DNA of 64,000 nt from Lingula anatina (lineage: Eukaryota; Animalia; Brachiopoda): contig CM120641.1 in the NCBI GenBank assembly GCA_051362555.1, positions 4,898,001-4,962,000 of the forward strand, in the 5' to 3' direction. The notes under the pieces are model-generated. The model was not told the origin of the DNA, did no database searches, and saw only the letters and a list, made by a program, of their open reading frames with translations. Every line of letters begins with the position of its first letter. Position 1 is the first letter of the stretch. The position numbers and the translations under genes are program-made. Shown here one piece after another: positions 40,913-54,156 of the stretch.

Positions 40913-43312
40913 CTAGGACATTTCATCAACCACATGTGCATTACCCACTTCCAATGAGTTCAACGAAATTACAGAACTATCAACATCATATGTTTGCTGC
41001 ATGCTTGATTCCACATCCCCTATTGCTGCTGGTGGTTCATTCTGTGGCAGCACTATTAAGCTCTGAACTTCATTTCCATTCAGGAGAATGTTCAGCCCTG
41101 TATTGGGATTACATGGAGGAGCAAAGTTAGCATCCACCTCCTGTAGCTGCCCATCCCCTGTGGAGTCCTCAACTGCAGCCTGGACAGGCTCCTCAATGAC
41201 AACTGGATTTTGTGGCAACTGTTCTTCTGCACCAGGCACACTGTCTGTACAAACACTGATCACATATCTCTCCTGGGCACCGTCCTCTTGAGGAATTATC
41301 TGTATTTGAACATTTCCTCCATTTCCTACATTGGAGTTGGCCAACAACTGCAGCACCTGTCCTATCAGCTCTTCATTTTCTCCACTTGTTTGACCCTGAA
41401 TTGTCAGAGAAAATGATTCCATTGGAGTTCCTTCCTCTGTGCCTGCAGTTGCTGTGGTCTCCTTTTGCTTGTCGTCTTCTAACAGCAGTTTTCCTTTTGC
41501 CAACCCTTTGGAACATATTCCATTGCGCATGTGAGCTGCTAAATTATCTTTGCGAGCAAAGCTGCGCTGGCACGTGACACAGGTGTGCATTGTTTTTACT
41601 GGTTGATGAAGTTGCTGATGTCGCATCCTCGTAGAACGATCTCGAAATTTTTCTCCGCAAAATGAACATGGGTAAGGTTTGTCACCAGTGTGTACAAGTC
41701 TATGTTGTTTTAGTTCTTGAAAAGTGTAAAACTGCTTGCTACAGTCTGAGCATGTGTGATTCTTCTCACCTTGGTGTCGTTTCATATGCATTTTATAATC
41801 TTTCTGCAAGTAAAATTGCTTGTCACAAGACTCACATTTGAATCTCTTGAGTTTCTGATGTATGTTTTCAACATGCATGCGAAGGTTGCGAACATTGGCA
41901 AATACCTGCTGGCATTCCTTGCATGACAAGGCTGCATTTTTCTCATCTTTGCTGTGAGACTGTTTATGTTTTCGGAGAGCAGACCAACTATGCAAAGTCA
42001 TCTTACATACTGAGCAAACCCATCCTTTGGATTCAGCCATACAACTCTGTCTGTGGTTTTCCAACTCTACAGTGGAAAAAAGGTCAAGGCACTTAGGACA
42101 TTGTTTTTTGTCTTTGTTATGCACAAGACGCCTATGCTGTCGCAGGTTATGGTTTGTTTTGAACTGTTTTGAACACTCTTCACAAGAAAAATCACAGGTC
42201 TTATTGTGTTGTTCCACATGGTCAAAATAATGGCTCTTGTGGGAGGATATATATTCACAATGAATACACGCATATATTTTCCTTGGTTTATGCTTCATGA
42301 ATCTGGTACGTTTTAATTTCTTTTTACTTATCAAAGATGGACTCTTAAAGCATGGTAGATTTTTTGCAGTGTCTATATTTTTAGAATCGATACTTCTCCA
42401 GGTATCTTGTTGTACCTGTGGGATTACAACATCAGGATGCAACTCACTGTAGTGCTTCAACAGATCCAGCATGATGCTGAATGATTCACTGCACTCTTGG
42501 CAAGACAAGTGCTTCTCCATGTGTTCTGATATGTAATGTATGATGACCTCATCTTCATGTTTTGCTTTGTGGTCACACTTGATACATTCAAAATCCTCTC
42601 TGCCTTCATTTAATGCACTTTTCTCACCAGAATCAACTGTGTTGGCATCCTCTGGCTCAGGAGTAGCACGGATTGAATCCTTAGGCTGCACTTCTGATAA
42701 TCTATCAACAAGATCCCCATAAAATGTTGTTTCAATTTTTTCCCATTTCTCTGCCTCTTTCGAAGTAGGCAGTAATTTATGCATGTTATGATAATGAGAT
42801 TTAATATTGGACTTCACTTTGCATGCATACACACAGTGGCTACATTCAAATGGCCTTGCTTTGCAATGAACACTGACAATGTGGTCTTTCATGTGACGTT
42901 TATGAGATGAGGCATAACCACATAAAATGCACACACGTGTATTTTTCTCCCCAACTTTAATTGTTGAAGGCTGTATGGATTCCTTGGATTTAATAACCCT
43001 TTGTTGATCTTTCGCCATGGTTTTCTTATTAGATGAGGTGTCCAATACACTGTTCTTCTTGTTAGATCTAATTTTTAATGGACATTTTTTTCTGGTTCCA
43101 GATTTCACCTTGTGCATGTTATTTGATTCCTTCTTCTTGTCAGAAAGAGCATTCAATGTACTGCGCCCCTTTCTTGATTGAGTTTTTATTCCAGTGTCAT
43201 CATTTCGTTTCTTAAGTTCTTTAAGCCTTTTAGGCTCTTGAGCAAATTCTGTATTGACTGCCTTTCGAGTTCTACTTCTAGTCATCACAGAAGACCCAGA
43301 AGTAGTAGACAT
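40913..43312 (-). CDS. C2H2 zinc-finger protein, 799 aa, single coding exon, about 13 fingers, acidic/Gln-rich C-terminal region
   Basis: Long ORF with repeated CxxC...HxxxH motifs and canonical-like linkers (HTGDKPYPC, HQGEKNHTC, HCKARPFEC). Two fingers end in Cys (C2HC). Basic N-terminus. Confidence 0.92.
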   Translation of the reverse strand: MSTTSGSSVMTRSRTRKAVNTEFAQEPKRLKELKKRNDDTGIKTQSRKGRSTLNALSDKKKESNNMHKVKSGTRKKCPLKIRSNKKNSVLDTSSNKKTMAKDQQRVIKSKESIQPSTIKVGEKNTRVCILCGYASSHKRHMKDHIVSVHCKARPFECSHCVYACKVKSNIKSHYHNMHKLLPTSKEAEKWEKIETTFYGDLVDRLSEVQPKDSIRATPEPEDANTVDSGEKSALNEGREDFECIKCDHKAKHEDEVIIHYISEHMEKHLSCQECSESFSIMLDLLKHYSELHPDVVIPQVQQDTWRSIDSKNIDTAKNLPCFKSPSLISKKKLKRTRFMKHKPRKIYACIHCEYISSHKSHYFDHVEQHNKTCDFSCEECSKQFKTNHNLRQHRRLVHNKDKKQCPKCLDLFSTVELENHRQSCMAESKGWVCSVCKMTLHSWSALRKHKQSHSKDEKNAALSCKECQQVFANVRNLRMHVENIHQKLKRFKCESCDKQFYLQKDYKMHMKRHQGEKNHTCSDCSKQFYTFQELKQHRLVHTGDKPYPCSFCGEKFRDRSTRMRHQQLHQPVKTMHTCVTCQRSFARKDNLAAHMRNGICSKGLAKGKLLLEDDKQKETTATAGTEEGTPMESFSLTIQGQTSGENEELIGQVLQLLANSNVGNGGNVQIQIIPQEDGAQERYVISVCTDSVPGAEEQLPQNPVVIEEPVQAAVEDSTGDGQLQEVDANFAPPCNPNTGLNILLNGNEVQSLIVLPQNEPPAAIGDVESSMQQTYDVDSSVISLNSLEVGNAHVVDEMS

Positions 43313-43644
43313 GGTTTTGCTTCAATGCTCGTACATGTACATTTACATGCAGGTTCTCTTTGCTTTCTGTAATGTGTCCCTCTCCTTTATTTTAGTACTC
43401 ATGCATTTTCTGGCTATTGTTATTGCTGGCATTTAAAAACGAACATGTGATGAAAGCCTACTGTAACAACCCAGCAACATCTAGAACATGAAAATAAAAG
43501 AGAGTTGATTATTAGCAATGGAACTGTCACTCGATAAAACGATAGCACTGGTAATGAAAGGCTTTTATTATTGTTTGTGCACAAAGCATATAAACTATTA
43601 TGAATAATATCAAAAATACATTAAAATTGTTATGTTTTTGTTAC

Positions 43645-43785
43645 CTTAAGAGTAAGTGATCCCATGAAAGCTTGATCATCCTAGAAAACTTGTCTCAAAT
43701 CAATTCAACTTTCCGTAAAACTACTTTCAGTGATTATCTCTCGACTCTTTTGTTTTTGGAGATCTAAAAAGCACAAACATGGCGG
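43645..43785. promoter_or_regulatory. Putative compact bidirectional promoter shared by the ZnF gene and RCE1
   Basis: A minus-strand donor (AG|GTAACA at 43645/43644) and acceptor (TTCTAG at 43481) define a likely non-coding first exon of the ZnF gene. The RCE1 ATG lies only about 135 bp away, in the YY1-like context AAACATGGCGG. Confidence 0.5.
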
Positions 43786-46700
43786 GCATTGTTTTTGAGT
43801 TGAACACATTGCAAGCATTATCGGTGTGTTTTATACTTGCTGTAGGCTACGTTGCTAGTCTCTATATATGGAATAACAAATTACACAGGTAGGTCTACAT
43901 TTATATTTTAAAATAACTGATGATGCTGTTCAAGTTTTCAAAAATGCAGTGCATGATTCAGATGAATCACTGTCTCGGTGTCGAACATTTCCTGTTTGAA
44001 ATGGTTAGACTGTCTTTCTTTTACCAGTGATGCTTACACGTCAACTGCCTGCTTGTCATTCCTTATTTTTAATTACAGGCTTGATTTCAGTTGGTTTATT
44101 TTTGTAATTGGTGATGAATTATCACAAACTGGATATTGTTCATCTTTGGCAGTCTTCAACGACATTTTACACAATACTGAGCTCCCCCCCCCCCCCCCCC
44201 CCCCCCGAAAATGGAATTTTTGGCTTTATTTTGAGAATATTTACATTAGCAGATAGTCGTTTGATGAAAAAAAGCTGCGTTTTTAGTGAAATAACTGTTG
44301 TATTTTTCTCAGTTCTTTACTGAGTCAATTCTTAACCTCTTTAATTTTATATCTTTATTTAATTAACAATATAGTTGAACATATGTTGTGGTTTTAATTA
44401 CTCTTAAAGCAATGTATGGAAAAAATAACATTTCTTCACACTTTTACTTGTTTTTCATTCTGTGCACTATTTACATGGAAAATATTTTGATAACTGAGAT
44501 GATATACATGTATTTATGCCAATTAAAAGAGTATGTCTGTTTTATTTGTTTTTATTATATTTCATACGAAAATATCATGCCTACCCTTCATGTATTTTCT
44601 GAATACAATGACAAAAACATTCTTTCAAAGACATTCAAATCTCATAAGTTTCATTTAGAAACCCTTTTAGCAATACTGTATATAGGTCATTTGTTTGCAT
44701 CAGCTGTGTACCATTATCATACCAGTGCACAGCATCTGGTTGATTCAGATTTGATTAAAGAGGCATTTGCAAAGTTTATTTAGGATTATATCAATATGTG
44801 CTGATCTATTTCACAGTCCTCCAGTAATATGATTCATGTTATAAATAAAAATAAGAAAGGGGTGTATTAAAAGTTGCAATGATTTAATTTACCTGTAGCC
44901 TGTTGATGATTAAAATAATTTTGTTATTATGATTTTGCTGTTAGGAGAAAAGTACAGTACCTTACTAATTCTTTTTACCTTAGACTTAGTTTGCTTAATT
45001 TGCTGGTTTTTGTATAAGATAGGAAATGAGTGTGGCACAAACAGGAAGTACATTAGAAAGTGATAACATGGCATTCACTTAACTTTTCCTGAATAAAATT
45101 TAAAATTTGGCTGATAAACAGTGCTTGTTTTTGGTATAAATGTTTGGAAAATTATGTGGATTTAAAACTGACTTAATCTATTTTAATTACTTTATGTTAG
45201 AGATCACCCTGCAACAATAAAAAGAAGATGTATCAGTGTGTTGCTGTTCTCCTCTTTAGCTCCTGGATTTGTGTGGTATTTCAGCACTCCAACTGAAACA
45301 CTGGTATGTTTATATCAGGTTTTAAAAAATTAATAAGTCCTTAACTGTTCACTTAATATTTAAAAATTTTGGTCTCAGCAGATATGTTTGTAATTGTAAC
45401 AGCCTTTGCCATATAATATTTCTTAACTAAGATATAAACAATCCAAGTTTAATTGTACCACCAGCGTTAGCGCTGGCGGTACACATGGTTTTAGTCCCGT
45501 CCAGATCGTTCCGCCGGCTCCTGCGGCTCCGCAGGCTCCACCTACAAGTTACCTTTACCGCTTCTCCTCCTAGACGGTAAGGGCCTCCATACCCATCTCT
45601 TGGATTTAGGTCACCTATAATCTCAACTCGTTCCATGTAAAATTTGGGCTTTGTCGGTATTGGGGTCTAGTTGTGGCACTCATTGCAATGCACCCTTGTC
45701 CAAAAATGGCAAAATTAAATGCTAATTATCTACCCTATTGAAGGAATTATGGGAAAAATTTCTACAGACAGCTTTCCAAAAGTCATATGTGTAGATTTCA
45801 AATATGCCCTTGGATTTGACCTTTGACATTTATTTCAAGGCCAAACGGGCCAAAATTTTCAAAAAAACGAATTTTTTTACAAAAATTATTCAGACACCAC
45901 ACAGACTTAACCAATAATATTATTGGAAAGTGTTACCCTTCGGGTCATCTTTCATCTCCGTGAATTTGGGGTCAATCGGTGCATTTTCACGGGAGTAGCG
46001 GCCATAAGATACCGAAACTGAAAACTGTCTCCAATTCGGGAACCGTTAATGCTAGAGACCCATTCTTTTTTGCATTTTGTAGAGCATGTAAAGCCCAACA
46101 CTGGATGTGGTCTCCGTTTTTTGTATTCCATACGGTTTTCGAGTTACGCTGTATCAAAAAGTACATATTGGTGGTGAAAGCAAAATGTGCAGTACGGTAA
46201 TGTCAAGCACAAGACTGGTGGTGGTGTCCCTTTTTTGTGTGTGGGGGGTCTATACGATCGTGCTTACTCCAGCTGGTGGTACAATATTCGGAGGCGGTAT
46301 CGCCTCTCTGATCCTCTAGTTTTAATTCTTTATTGTAGTGGTAAGGTGTCTGAAGAGAAGAATTCAAAAGATTAATGTGATTTTGAACTCGTATTTGTGA
46401 GTGAAAGGTGATTTATTTTTTGATATCTGTTATAAACAATTTGGCATAGTGTATGACCTGTTAAAGGTTATATTGCATTGAATTAATCACGCTTAAATTT
46501 TTTAAATGTAATTAAATTTTTTTATATCAGGGTCACAGCCTCATGACGTGGCTAGGAGTAAGATTTTCAGGAACCATCATGGCAGCTGTTTTACCACTGT
46601 TTCTGACTATTGTAAGTTGAAACATGATTATAGATAAAGGGCCTTTATTTGCTTCCATAAATTATTACTATTTTCCCTTAGATTATTGATAAATAATGCA

Positions 46701-49056
46701 GTACAAAATTCCATTTGGAATTACTTTTCTTTTACTAAGTCTATGCTATCTGCTTTGTTCAGTAATGTATTGGGAAGATAAGCATTAAAGGCTCATTCAC
46801 CCAAGGTCAAGATTTATTCCTATTTTTGGTACCAGTCAGAGATCCTAATTGTCTACTTTCGGTTTAAAATAGCTTATTAAGACCAGCATATGATCTATTG
46901 GTCTGGTGACTCATTTGGTTTATTTCTGGATGGTGTGGATGGGATATTGAAGTTAAGCTACGTACAGTGTTGGGGAGTCTGGTTTTCTATCACATACACA
47001 TCTGGAACATTAGTTCTGCAGCTGACTTACTGGCAGCGTTTGTGCTTAAAGGGGCAAGCTTAAAAATATGTTTTGTGATCTATTCATACTTTGGATGGGC
47101 AAACACTAAATTTACAACACAGAAGTTTGCTGAGCTTTTACATAAAATATAACTATTGACTATTGATACTATTGAACAGTTCTTTTTGAAAGCAGTACCT
47201 TATTTTGAAACAAGGGAAACTTGAAATATGATAATGTAAATAAATTTTATAGCCCTTGTAGGTAAATCCTTTGCTTTGCCATTTATTATTAAAATTATTG
47301 TAATTTTTTTGTCACAAATATGGAGCATTTTAATTCAGTGAATGATGTAGAAAAGAAATAAAATCTTAAATATCTTTCCATTGGTTTCTTTTTGTTTTTC
47401 AGGTTTTGTTTCTAGGTCCACTAACACTGTTCTATTTGGATGGGGTGCTTAAATTGTATTTAGGTATGTTTTTTGGAAAGAAAAAGATTTTGTGGTATTT
47501 TAGTACAGTTCAAGTCATTTTGACATATGAAGATTGTAGGATCAAAGAGATTGATATACTGATTATTTTTTTGTGCAATTTGATTTGTGTTTGAAAACAA
47601 ATTATTTTTCCAGAACCCAAGTACTGGCAAGCTAATATGAAGAACTTAATATGGTTAAGAAATCATGTTGTGGTAGGTTTATATTGATGTATTTTCTGTA
47701 GCAGTAGGAATGGATAGTGACTGTGTTACTTGAGTAAAAAGTCCCTATTGTAAGTTTTAACTCTTTCTGTCCTACCAAAACAAACAATACAATTATTGGT
47801 GCTCACCTTGCAATGTATAATTGAATAAAATTGATTAAGAGTAATAGGTATAGTATATTAAGAATATTGCCTTAGTTTGTATATTTTTGTAATGAGAGCC
47901 TTTCCTATGCCATAACTGATGTGAAGTTTTGTTACCTAGGCCCCATTTTCAGAAGAGTTCATATTCAGAGCCTGTATGATCCCTTTACTCATCCCTTCTG
48001 TCGGTGCTGGCACTGCAGTGTTTCTGGCTCCTCTATTTTTTGGGGTTGGTAAGTAAAACTGAGGGGTCAATGTGTATGTATTTTTATATGATAAGTATTC
48101 TGTAGTAAATACTTTTATTGACTTTGAATAAAAGAATGTATGTAGGGTCGTGTGCGTGTGTGTGTGTGTGTTTATTTAATTGCTTGTTGATAAAAGTGTT
48201 GTCATCATTTGTACCAAATCTTTTGTTTATTAGGATGTTGATATACATGTTAGACTGATGAAGTGAATATTATATTTTTTGTTATATTTATTTCTATAGC
48301 ACATTTTCACCACATGGTGGAGAGAGTTAGAAACAAGCATGCTGACCTTAAAACAGCTTTTCTCCAGTCATGTAAGTATGGAAAAGATGTGATTTAACTT
48401 TTATAAAGAGATAAGAAAGTTGTATTAAATGTCCATTGCAAATTATTAACCCTATTCTTACAAATATTTACTTCATCTTTGAACTTTTTAAAGTACAAAT
48501 TAAAATTTGTATGCAGCCTTTTGAATACGTTTATGAAAATCAAAAGTACACTTTATTTGAAGATCTACATTTGTTCTGTATTGCAGTGTTTCAGTTTTCT
48601 TACACAACAGTATTTGGTGCTTACTCAGCTTTCTTGTTTATTCGCACAGGTTAGTATCTTCATTTGAGAATCCTGGAAAATTGGATCATTAATTCTGAAA
48701 AATGTATGAAAAATGCATGAAAGAGAAATTAAGCAATACAAGTGGCATCTGCCCAAAAATAAATTTAAAAAAATAATGCACAACATTAAAAAAATAATAA
48801 TCTAGCCTGCTTTAATTTGTGTTTATCAATCTTCTGGCTTTTCCTTCCAGGTAGTTTAGTTGCTCCAGTGGTTGCACATGCCTTCTGTAATCACATGGGA
48901 TTTCCAGACATTGGGATGGTGTTTCAGTACCCTCCTCCACAAAGGTACAAGATCATGGCAAACTTTGTGATTGGACTGGTGTTGTGGTGTTTTCTACTCT
49001 ATCCACTGACACATCCCCCGTTATTTTCCAATACAGCATACAATTTACTTCTTTGA
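43779..49056 (+). CDS. RCE1: CAAX prenyl protease 2 (Rce1 family), 9 coding exons
   Basis: Exons 43779-43888, 45201-45303, 46531-46611, 47403-47463, 47614-47672, 47940-48048, 48300-48371, 48587-48649, 48851-49056. Motifs [67 protein letters not shown] and [11 protein letters not shown] (catalytic Glu/His/His-Asn motifs). Confidence 0.95.
45449..46319 (+). mobile_element. Same HINE-like family, copy 2, internally deleted (no tandem array), in RCE1 intron 2
   Basis: Closely matches 1729-~2545 joined directly to ~3996-4114 of copy 1; same hairpins, subTIRs and CTAG|TTTT end. Confidence 0.8.
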
Positions 49057-49948
49057 AAGCTATGATCATGTATCTGCAAATACAGCTTTATAGTATTAAA
49101 GATCTCCTGTTCATTCCATATGCTAGAAGTAAAAGTTTCAATTTGTATTAACTGATATAAGTTTTACTTCAAAAGAAATCTTTGAAGATATATATATGAA
49201 GTTGTTTTTAATGGAAAAATGTATTTTCTGCATAATTATTAGTATTGTTACTATTGCAACAAAATTCTGTGCATTCAGTATTCCTTTTGCATGGATGAAG
49301 CATACTTGTATTTATGTTTCATAGATGAGATTTACACAAAATCTGTATAAAAAAGAGCAGTTGCTGTTATTATGTTAGTTAAAATGAATAATGTATATTT
49401 TTGCTATGTTATGACAAGTGACTGTCAAGTTATTTAACAGTTCTAGCATACATGAAATCAGTATGTTTTTCAGAATGGTGCGAGGTTTGAAACTTGATGT
49501 GACAGAAATGTTGATATAACAAAGTAGTTAAAATATACTTTGTAGTTATTTCAACACATGACATCAATGGTAGCCCAGTGTATATCTATTGGTAGTGATA
49601 AATTCCGTGCAGTTAGACCTAAATATCAAAGTTTTGTTAAAAAATGCAAATATTTGGAAATTACAATTTAATGTCATTTTATTTGGTGCTATCCTTCATT
49701 TTGCAATAGCCATAATTGGTTCATTTTACCAAATTAGTTTGATATGTTCAGATTTTTATATCAAGTATTACAGTTGTAGCTAGTGTTTAGTCCATTATTA
49801 CTTGTGGGATACATCTTTGCTTTTCTCATTTGATGTGCTTTTTTATATGTTTTAAAGTAAAAAATGGTGTATGTGTTTTAGTTTATTTATTGTACTTGTA
49901 TACTTTTCACAGTAGGTGATATTCATATTTTTTAAAGTGAAGCACTAT

Positions 49949-50167
49949 GGGTTGGTTCACAGTGACTAGTGGTACTAGCAAGTGCATACTAACTCGATGA
50001 GGACTCCTGCAGAATGCAATTATCCTGAAGTTGAGTAGAATACAGAAAGCTGGTGATTATACAAGTACGTTGGAAACAAGAATTTTTTTATCTGATTGCA
50101 TTCAGCAGGAGTCCCTTTGGAGTTAGTAAGAACTTGCTAGTACAAAATATTCATTGTGAATGCACCC
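49949..50167. mobile_element. MITE-like fold-back element with about 70-bp imperfect TIRs and 3-bp TSD (TAT), downstream of the RCE1 stop
   Basis: Left arm GGGTTGGTTCACAGTGA..GTACTAGCAAGT..TACTAACTC..GGACTCCTGCAGAATGCAAT is the reverse complement of right arm ATTGCATTCAGCAGGAGTCC..GAGTTAGTA..ACTTGCTAGTAC..TCATTGTGAATGCACCC. TAT flanks both ends. Confidence 0.7.
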
Positions 50168-50858
50168 TATGATGAAAGACTGACATTTAATTGCCACTTA
50201 AATGCACAAGACAAGAGAGCACTTATATGCAGATTGAGAGACCATGTATTCATTTACATATTTACTGGTTAATCTCAATAAAGTTTTTATAAAAATGTCT
50301 GTATGGCCAATTTGCTCTGTGATATAAAATGAAAGACGAAAGTTTTGGACTATAGATCATGTCATCATCTCTTTCTCTTTTTGTGAAATGGGGGCCTGAT
50401 ATCCAATATCTGTCTTACTATTGAAAGTGGTTGACCCAAGGAATGTGTCACAACATTTGGTGCACAGCAATGAACATGAATGTAATAAAAATTGTGAGTG
50501 TGGCTTGCAGTTTATGAAATGTGGAGAAATACAGCATTCTTTCGTTAGATGCAAACACAGAAAACTAATTACATGAGGTCTTTGTAGCAGATCTACTAAT
50601 CCAGACCTCGCTTTTGCTTTCACCAATTTAAAATGAGTAACTGCATCAATTTTTTCCAGCAATATAAATGCAGGACACCAAAATCCCCATAATTTTAAGT
50701 GATCACTGGGTTCTGATCTTATTAAATTTTTATTAATTCACATGTTCACCATGAAAGTAAATAAAACTGCTGCCTCGTTACAAATCCTTTTTCAACAAGG
50801 AAAATACATTATTCATACTCTCTAAGATAAAAAGGGTAATACAAATCGTACACATATT

Positions 50859-53800
50859 TCAGCTTTCTTTTTTAGACATTTTCCACAATGCCTTTTGTAA
50901 CCACCTGTGAATCTCTATTTGAAGCATACCAGTTCCTCCAAAGAGCTTATCCACTGAGAAATAAAATATACCAACTGCAAGGGCATAAATTCTGGCTATG
51001 TGAGAAAACAAAATTAGAAAAACAAATGTCATTGTTGCTGTCACCCAGAAAGTTAGATAAAAATATAATGAATATCTAATTTCATTGTCATGGAATTTTA
51101 GCTCTTCAACACCTGTAAACTGTTTCTCTTCATAAAATTTCTTTAGGCATTCTTCTTTCTTTTCCCATTGATTCTGTAGCCATGTACCTAAACCCTCTTC
51201 AGTGATTGGTATTGTTACTACTGGGTGCCTTTTGCAATAAAAATGGACTTCTTTAGGAAGGTTACCATGAAGAAGTGCTTGTTCTGTTTGTGGTATCGAG
51301 TCAGGATAGCCCACAGTCACATCATATATAGCATCCAATGCGTTGTCTGGAAAAAAAAAAGTTATTATCTAATCCCTTTTCATTTGTCATCTAGGTGAAT
51401 ATTCATATGTTCCAAAGTAAAGACTTAGTCTAGTAAAAAGTAATTCTTTCTGCCTTTCTTTAGACACAATGCCCTGGTGTGGTTATCAGTAACATAATTC
51501 TCATACTTAGAAATAAACATGGTGTGGTTATCAGTAACATAATTCTCATACTTAGAAATAAACAGACTAGTTACAAAATTTTACACTTAAAATTACTTGA
51601 ATAAATCTGACATATTGTTTCATCACTCCAAGGCTTTTAAATGTTCACTCAAAAAAAAAAAGATGTTACTAAATCCTGGCTATACACAACTGATGATTCA
51701 ATTGTATTTTTCATATGTTAAGAATAAAGCTTTTTGGTAATATTAGTTTTTCTCGAAGTAAGCAAGATACCACTTTACCCACTTTTTCTCATTTCCTGTG
51801 CTATAAAAGAGAACCCCGTTGTTTTAGGATGTAAAACATAGTCATAACTCTTCTTGTTGTTTTTCTGGGCAAAAACATCACTTTTGTTTTTGGTATTTGC
51901 AGTTAGATCTGTTCCTTCAGGAAAAATCAGTAACTGGAAAAAATGCGTGAATAATGTAATTGAGCTTAGGTCAATCCCATTTTATTGGTTTTATTTTTAC
52001 TTGAGATCTCTTATCATTTTTATCACTAATATCTGGATATATGTAAAAACATATTCATTACAAACTGTACTAGCTGCCAAATTAAATTTCAGCACCTAAA
52101 TCTTAAAGCTGATGTTGTCTTTTTTCTGCTTGGTTTCTTCTGTTTTGATTCATACCTGTGTTTTGTGCTTTAAATCTGCAAAATAACCTATCATTTTTTG
52201 AAGTAATATTTTGTCTGTTTCCCATTTCCTTTCCAGAAATATGTATGCTGCATTTTGCATTGCCCAACCTGAAAACAGAATAATCAAAATGTAACTCATA
52301 CAGCTACAAAAATTCACCAAAATATTTCTTTACAAAATCTGACAAAAATATCAACTAATAACAAATTCTCAATTTACTTTAATTAGCATCTGCCAAGAAG
52401 TAACTACGTACAAGGTTCTCTACACAAAATATAATAGCAATGGCTCGGTTACACCTAAACACATCATATATTCATTATTAGTACCACCAGCGTATACGCT
52501 GGCGGTACTCATGGTTTTAGTCCCGACCCGTCTCGTACAGCTCCGCCGGCTCTGCCGGCTCCGCCGGCTCCGCAGTCGGGCGCCGGAAACAAGTCACCGT
52601 TACCGCTTCTCCTCCTAGACCGCCAGGACCTGTGTCCCCATCTCTTGGATTTAGGTCACATATAATCTCAACTTGAACACCCTGTTTTTTTTGTCTCTGT
52701 CGGTGCATTGGCCTGGGCGTGACACTTGTTGAAACGCACCCTTGTCAAAATTTTTGAAAATTCAAGGCTAAATATCTCCCAAACCAAAGGAATTATGGGA
52801 AAAATTACTACAGACGTCTGACCGAAAGTCATATGTGGAGATTCCAAATATGCCCTTTTATTTGACTTTTGACCTTTTTTTCAAGGTCAAACAAGCCAAA
52901 ATTTTCTAAAAATGGGAATTTTCTGCAAAAAAAAATATTTGTTTGTGCTATTTTTTGGAAACTACACAGATCTAAGCTCTCCTGTTACAGTGAGGGGTTA
53001 CAATTGGGGACTCCTTTCATCTTTGGGAGTTTGGGGTCAATCGGTGCATTTTCACGGGAGAAGCAGCCATTAGATACCGAAACTGAAAACTTGCCTTTAT
53101 TCTGGAATGGTAAATGCCAGAGACTTTTTGTTCATCGCACTTCGTAGAACTTGTCAAGTGCAATACTGGAGGTGGTGTCCATTTTTTTGTTTTCGATATG
53201 GTTTAGGCATTGCGCTATATCAAAAATTACAACATCACAATATTCAGTGGGGAAAATGTTAAATATTCCAAAACTGGCAGAGATACGCCCATAGTTACTA
53301 TTGAACTTGAATAGGAAGTTATATACAAGTAATCTAACTGTGACCTTTAAATTGACCTTTGACCTACTTTTCGCCATGAACTGAACTTTGCAAATTTTCC
53401 AGCCCTTATATCTCCAAAACTGGCAGAGATACACCCATTGTTACTGTTGAACTTGAATAGGAAGTCATATACTGGCATTCTTATTGTGACCTTGAAATTG
53501 ACCTTTGACCTACTTTTCAACATGAACTGAACTTTGCAAATTTTCTATCCCTTATATCTCGAAAACTGGCAGAGATAGGTCCAAAGTTACTATTGAACTT
53601 GAATAGGAAGTCATATACTGGCAATCTTACTGTGACCTTGAAATTGACCTTTGACCTACTATTTATGATGAACTGCACTTTGCATGTTTCCTGGCCTTCA
53701 TATCTCCAACATTGGCAAAGAAATGCCCATAGCTACTATTAAACTTATATAGGAAGTCATATACTGTGACCTTAAAATTGACCTTTGACCTACTTTTTTA

Positions 53801-54125
53801 CCTCAAACTGAACTCTGCATATTTTCTTGCCCTTCATATCTTCAAAACTAGCAGAGATCTGCCCAGTGTTGTCCCTAGGTTTTCTCTTTTGTCAGCATTC
53901 CAGTATATGCATTACTGATAATGCATTTCAAGGAAAACAAATAGGCCTATTGTCTAGAAAATCACAGGAGTGGTCAGTGTTAGGAAAATACAGGTTAATC
54001 AGGACATCTCCTTGATTGGACCATTTTAACTGTTATGTTTCTTTTGATTTTTTTTTTCATATTTTGAGAACTCTTGTTTATTGCATTTTATAGAGCTTGT
54101 CAAGCACAAGACTGGTGGTGATGTC

Positions 54126-54156
<31 letters not shown>

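Noticed and set aside
40936-43436. Several + strand ORFs overlapping the zinc-finger gene
   Set aside because: Short antisense shadows of the long coding exon with no recognisable domains.
44388-44783. 131-aa ORF in RCE1 intron 1 and other 60-130-aa intronic ORFs
   Set aside because: F/I/L/Y-rich composition typical of chance ORFs in AT-rich DNA; no splice or homology support.
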